From: Candidatus Poribacteria bacterium
Lineage (GTDB): Bacteria > Poribacteria > WGA-4E > WGA-3G
NCBI GenBank assembly: GCA_012270795.1
Contig: JAAXHO010000131.1
Span: 14,690-78,689 of the forward strand
Length of the DNA: 64,000 nt
Direction of reading: 5' to 3'
A model generated the notes under the pieces. That model was not told the origin of the DNA. It made no database searches and saw only the letters and a list, made by a program, of their open reading frames with translations. The number at the start of each line of letters is the position of its first letter. Position 1 is the first letter of the stretch. A program made the translations under genes and the position numbers. Shown piece by piece: positions 61,054-64,000 of the stretch.

Positions 61054-61151
61054 CAGCGTAGCTCATAAATGCAATTTTGTCCAAATTCACCGAATCGCGT
61101 GTCTGTTATATCGGGGTTAGAAACCCCTCCTACGATTTATGAGATGGGTTG
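61054..61151. mobile_element. CTCATAAAT-ended MITE
   Basis: Copy of the 15204-15300 element. Confidence 0.8.
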
Positions 61152-61189
61152 TAGGTTTTAACCGTTGTCTAAACGAATTTGTTTACGCA

Positions 61190-62809
61190 TTAACGTGGTT
61201 CAAGTACGACACAAGGCAGAATCATTTCTTCAAATGAGATACCACCGTGTTGAAAACTGTTATGAAATAACGCTTTATATGCGTTAAATTGTCTTTCATA
61301 TACGAAGTAATAATCTTCTTTTGCTATGATGTAGTTCTTTTCATCTGCATTGTAGGGTAGCCGGTATTCTTCAGGGTTTTCAATAAGCAATCCTGCGTTT
61401 GGATCACATGTAATGTCTTTGCCATCTTTCGTCCGCAATCCAGATGAAAGTTCATATTGGCTTGAGATTTTTGCAGCGTTTTGACATAAGACTGAACCGT
61501 GATCAGAAGTGATAATTACAGTCATACCCTTTTCGGCAGCAATGTTGATGATTTCGCTGAGTCGTGAGTTTCTAAACCAAGTTTGGACAAGTTTACGAAA
61601 TGCTTCTTCACTTGGGATAAGTTGTTGAAGCAGGGATACATCACCACGGAGATGGGTTAGCATGTCCAGGAAATCAACAACAAGTGAAGCAAAACTAATA
61701 TAGTTAGTATCAGTTAACCATTGCAAGTATTGCGTTTCTCCACGTTCATCAAAAATTTTGAAATAGTGTGGAGCTGGTTTGAGGGCTATACCGTGTCTTT
61801 CGAGCTGTAAATGCATGAGTTCTTTTTCATAGCGATTGATGCTTGTATGTCCATCTTCAGGTTCTGCATATAATTCTGGATACCGTTCAGCCAAATCTCT
61901 TGGAAAGAGTCCGCTGAAAATGGCATTTCGCGCATAACGTGTTGTAGTCGGCAAAATTGAGTAGTAGTAGTGTTTTGTCATGTGGAAGTCACGATAAAGT
62001 ACTTTTTCAAGTTGCAACCAGTGATCCATCCGCATGCAATCAACTACGATAAATAAGACAGACTTTCCTATTTGAATTTCAGGTAAAACATATTTATAAA
62101 AAACATCTACTGACAGTGATGGCGAATTATCTCCATCAAGCCATTTTGCGTAGTTGTCGTGTATATAATCTGCAAATATGGAATTTGCCTCTAGTTTTTC
62201 TCTGGTATGGATCTCTCTAAGTTCGTCGACGTTGCTAAGTCCGTTTAATTTTATATCCCATTCCAAAAAATGGAGATACATCTCTACCCAGGTCTGCCAA
62301 TCATATTCAGCGTCCTGTTCAACTGTAAACCGGTTTTGATTGTATTCTAAAGTGTCTTGTTTGTTAAAGTTCTTCACATAGGCTTGAGGTGTATATGCTT
62401 CTTGCATTTTCTGTTTTTCAAGCAGGAAAGTAAGGGATGTAACTAACTGTCTTGGATTTGTAGGCATTATCAGGACATCATTAACGCCATGAAAACTTGC
62501 TTTCTCCATTATTTCTTGTCCACCAGTGGTTGACAGTAAAATGATGGGTAAGTGTGGGTCTTCCTTACGGATACGTGAAAGTATGTCATCAGAACGTGTT
62601 GGCATTTCATAATTTAATAGGATGGCGTGAAACTTTAACGCCTGACATAAAGTTATGCCATCATCTATGGTATCTGCAAGTGTAACATCAAATCCATGGT
62701 ATTCTAAAAACTGAATATAGGGTTTCAACTCTGATTTCACATTAGGATTTTCAAGTGACTTAACGGTTGAAGTGTTAATCCAGAGAATATTCCATCTTGT
62801 TTTTCTCAT
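61190..62809 (-). CDS. PorX-like protein: degenerate receiver domain plus PglZ/alkaline-phosphatase domain
   Basis: VVDCMR.D.W, SILPTTTRYARNAIFSG, DML.H, TSDHG and FQHGGISFEEM. ATG 62809 follows GGAGGG. Confidence 0.85.
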   Translation of the reverse strand: MRKTRWNILWINTSTVKSLENPNVKSELKPYIQFLEYHGFDVTLADTIDDGITLCQALKFHAILLNYEMPTRSDDILSRIRKEDPHLPIILLSTTGGQEIMEKASFHGVNDVLIMPTNPRQLVTSLTFLLEKQKMQEAYTPQAYVKNFNKQDTLEYNQNRFTVEQDAEYDWQTWVEMYLHFLEWDIKLNGLSNVDELREIHTREKLEANSIFADYIHDNYAKWLDGDNSPSLSVDVFYKYVLPEIQIGKSVLFIVVDCMRMDHWLQLEKVLYRDFHMTKHYYYSILPTTTRYARNAIFSGLFPRDLAERYPELYAEPEDGHTSINRYEKELMHLQLERHGIALKPAPHYFKIFDERGETQYLQWLTDTNYISFASLVVDFLDMLTHLRGDVSLLQQLIPSEEAFRKLVQTWFRNSRLSEIINIAAEKGMTVIITSDHGSVLCQNAAKISSQYELSSGLRTKDGKDITCDPNAGLLIENPEEYRLPYNADEKNYIIAKEDYYFVYERQFNAYKALFHNSFQHGGISFEEMILPCVVLEPR

Positions 62810-62852
62810 GTTTATACCCTCCCCATAAAGCAACATGGTATCAATCTTTAGT

Positions 62853-64000
62853 TTAGATATTAGAAACAAAACGTCCAGGATTAAGTATATTGTTGGTATC
62901 AAATTGAGATTTGATCTGTTTCATGATGCTAAGTGTGTTCCCGATTGGCCCCCAAACATCTATTAGTTTTTTGAGACCTATCGGAGCAGACTCAATAATC
63001 AAGTTGCCACCCATTTTTATAGTACTTTCCCTTAGATGCGTTAGCATGTTTGAGATATGATTAAAATCACAGTTAGATTCTAAATGTACTTTTAGGTATA
63101 AAACGCCATTACCCAAAAGGGCTATCATCTCATGGTTATCTCTAATAGCAAATTCAACAAATTTGATAATTTCTGTTCGCTTGAAGTTTATCTTTACAAT
63201 GACAGTATTATCACTTTGTTCAACAGTTGGAAACTCTTGCAGTATTTTTTTTAGATTCTGATATGATTCTGATTCAAATTTTTGCACACCTAAATTATCG
63301 GTTTGTTGCAAGAGTGTTTGAACAAAATTGACTTGCCATCTGACAGTTTCAGGATCACCAGCAAATCCAAGGACGAGTGTTGGTTTCTTTTCAGTCAACC
63401 CATTTAATTCGCAATTAAACAGCATGTTGACAAACATAGGCAGTGATTGTGAACTGACAACATTTAATCCTGTTCTTATAGCATCTTGTATACTGTGAAA
63501 CGGTGCTATAATGATCTCTTGATGCAACGGAAGTGGAGCTAATTTGAGCGCAACATCGGTGATAATTCCAAGCGTGCCAAAGGCACCAATATATAGTTTG
63601 TTGAGATCATAACCTGCAACATTTTTTACAACTTTACCGCCACTTTTGACCATTTTTCCGTCAGCATGTACTACATGCATACCTAACACAAGGTTTCTTG
63701 CAGTTCCGTATCTTAGACGTTGTGGGCCGCTTGTATTCGTAGCAACGATGCCTCCAATCGTACATCTGTCTGCAAAAGGAGGATCAAAAGGTAAAAACTG
63801 TCTGTGTTTTGATAACGTAGCTTGTAAGTCTTTTAAAAGCATTCCTGCTTCAACAGTAACAGTCAAATCCGCTGGTTCATATTCTATCACTTTGTTCAGG
63901 CGTTTTGTTGAAAGGACAATATCTGGGCTCTGCGCTAAGTTTCCAATTCCAAGTTTTGTGCCTGAACCTGCTGGTAATACTGTATAACTGTTTTTTGACG
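62853..64000 (-). CDS. glcE: FAD-binding oxidoreductase, glycolate oxidase GlcE-like (5' end off the right edge)
   Basis: PAGSGTKLGIG (read upstream of the track start), YEPADLT, TIGG, GGKVVKNVAGYDL and FD...ILNPGRF. Confidence 0.85.
   Translation of the reverse strand, partial: SKNSYTVLPAGSGTKLGIGNLAQSPDIVLSTKRLNKVIEYEPADLTVTVEAGMLLKDLQATLSKHRQFLPFDPPFADRCTIGGIVATNTSGPQRLRYGTARNLVLGMHVVHADGKMVKSGGKVVKNVAGYDLNKLYIGAFGTLGIITDVALKLAPLPLHQEIIIAPFHSIQDAIRTGLNVVSSQSLPMFVNMLFNCELNGLTEKKPTLVLGFAGDPETVRWQVNFVQTLLQQTDNLGVQKFESESYQNLKKILQEFPTVEQSDNTVIVKINFKRTEIIKFVEFAIRDNHEMIALLGNGVLYLKVHLESNCDFNHISNMLTHLRESTIKMGGNLIIESAPIGLKKLIDVWGPIGNTLSIMKQIKSQFDTNNILNPGRFVSNI

Overview
AT-rich bacterial chromosomal segment, most likely from Candidatus Poribacteria or a relative. 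This is an inference from BMC genes, many WD40/TPR/HEAT proteins, a PhyH-HEAT fusion and a LamG-like protein ending in VEARGKLATRWGTIK. It holds about 45 CDS, including partial ligA, a MoxR/DUF58/RDD/SpoIIM cluster, BMC shell plus encapsulated aldehyde dehydrogenase, a PPi-type PFK, a stand-alone EF-G paralog, HtrA, DsbD, a PorX-like protein and partial glcE, plus two tRNAs (Phe-GAA, Thr-CGT). Intergenic DNA is crowded with nested MITE-like shells and GTAG-type REP hairpins. The strongest candidate for an undescribed system is a two-gene cassette with its own promoter (51214-55310). It encodes a small helical protein and a ~1250-aa fusion of a UvrD/Rep helicase lacking the whole 2B subdomain, a RuvC nuclease with intact catalytic residues and a recently expanded TPR array. 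It sits inside a radical-SAM / CoA-ligase / flavin-halogenase-like cluster. Other leads: an A-AAA-AAC -1 slip site joining two ORFs, ~30 bp repeat / ~37 bp insert / repeat footprints with 66-68 nt period, a PorX homolog with a dead receiver domain, and a sigma-factor/secreted-protein cassette. All protein calls come from motif recognition by eye; no searches were run.
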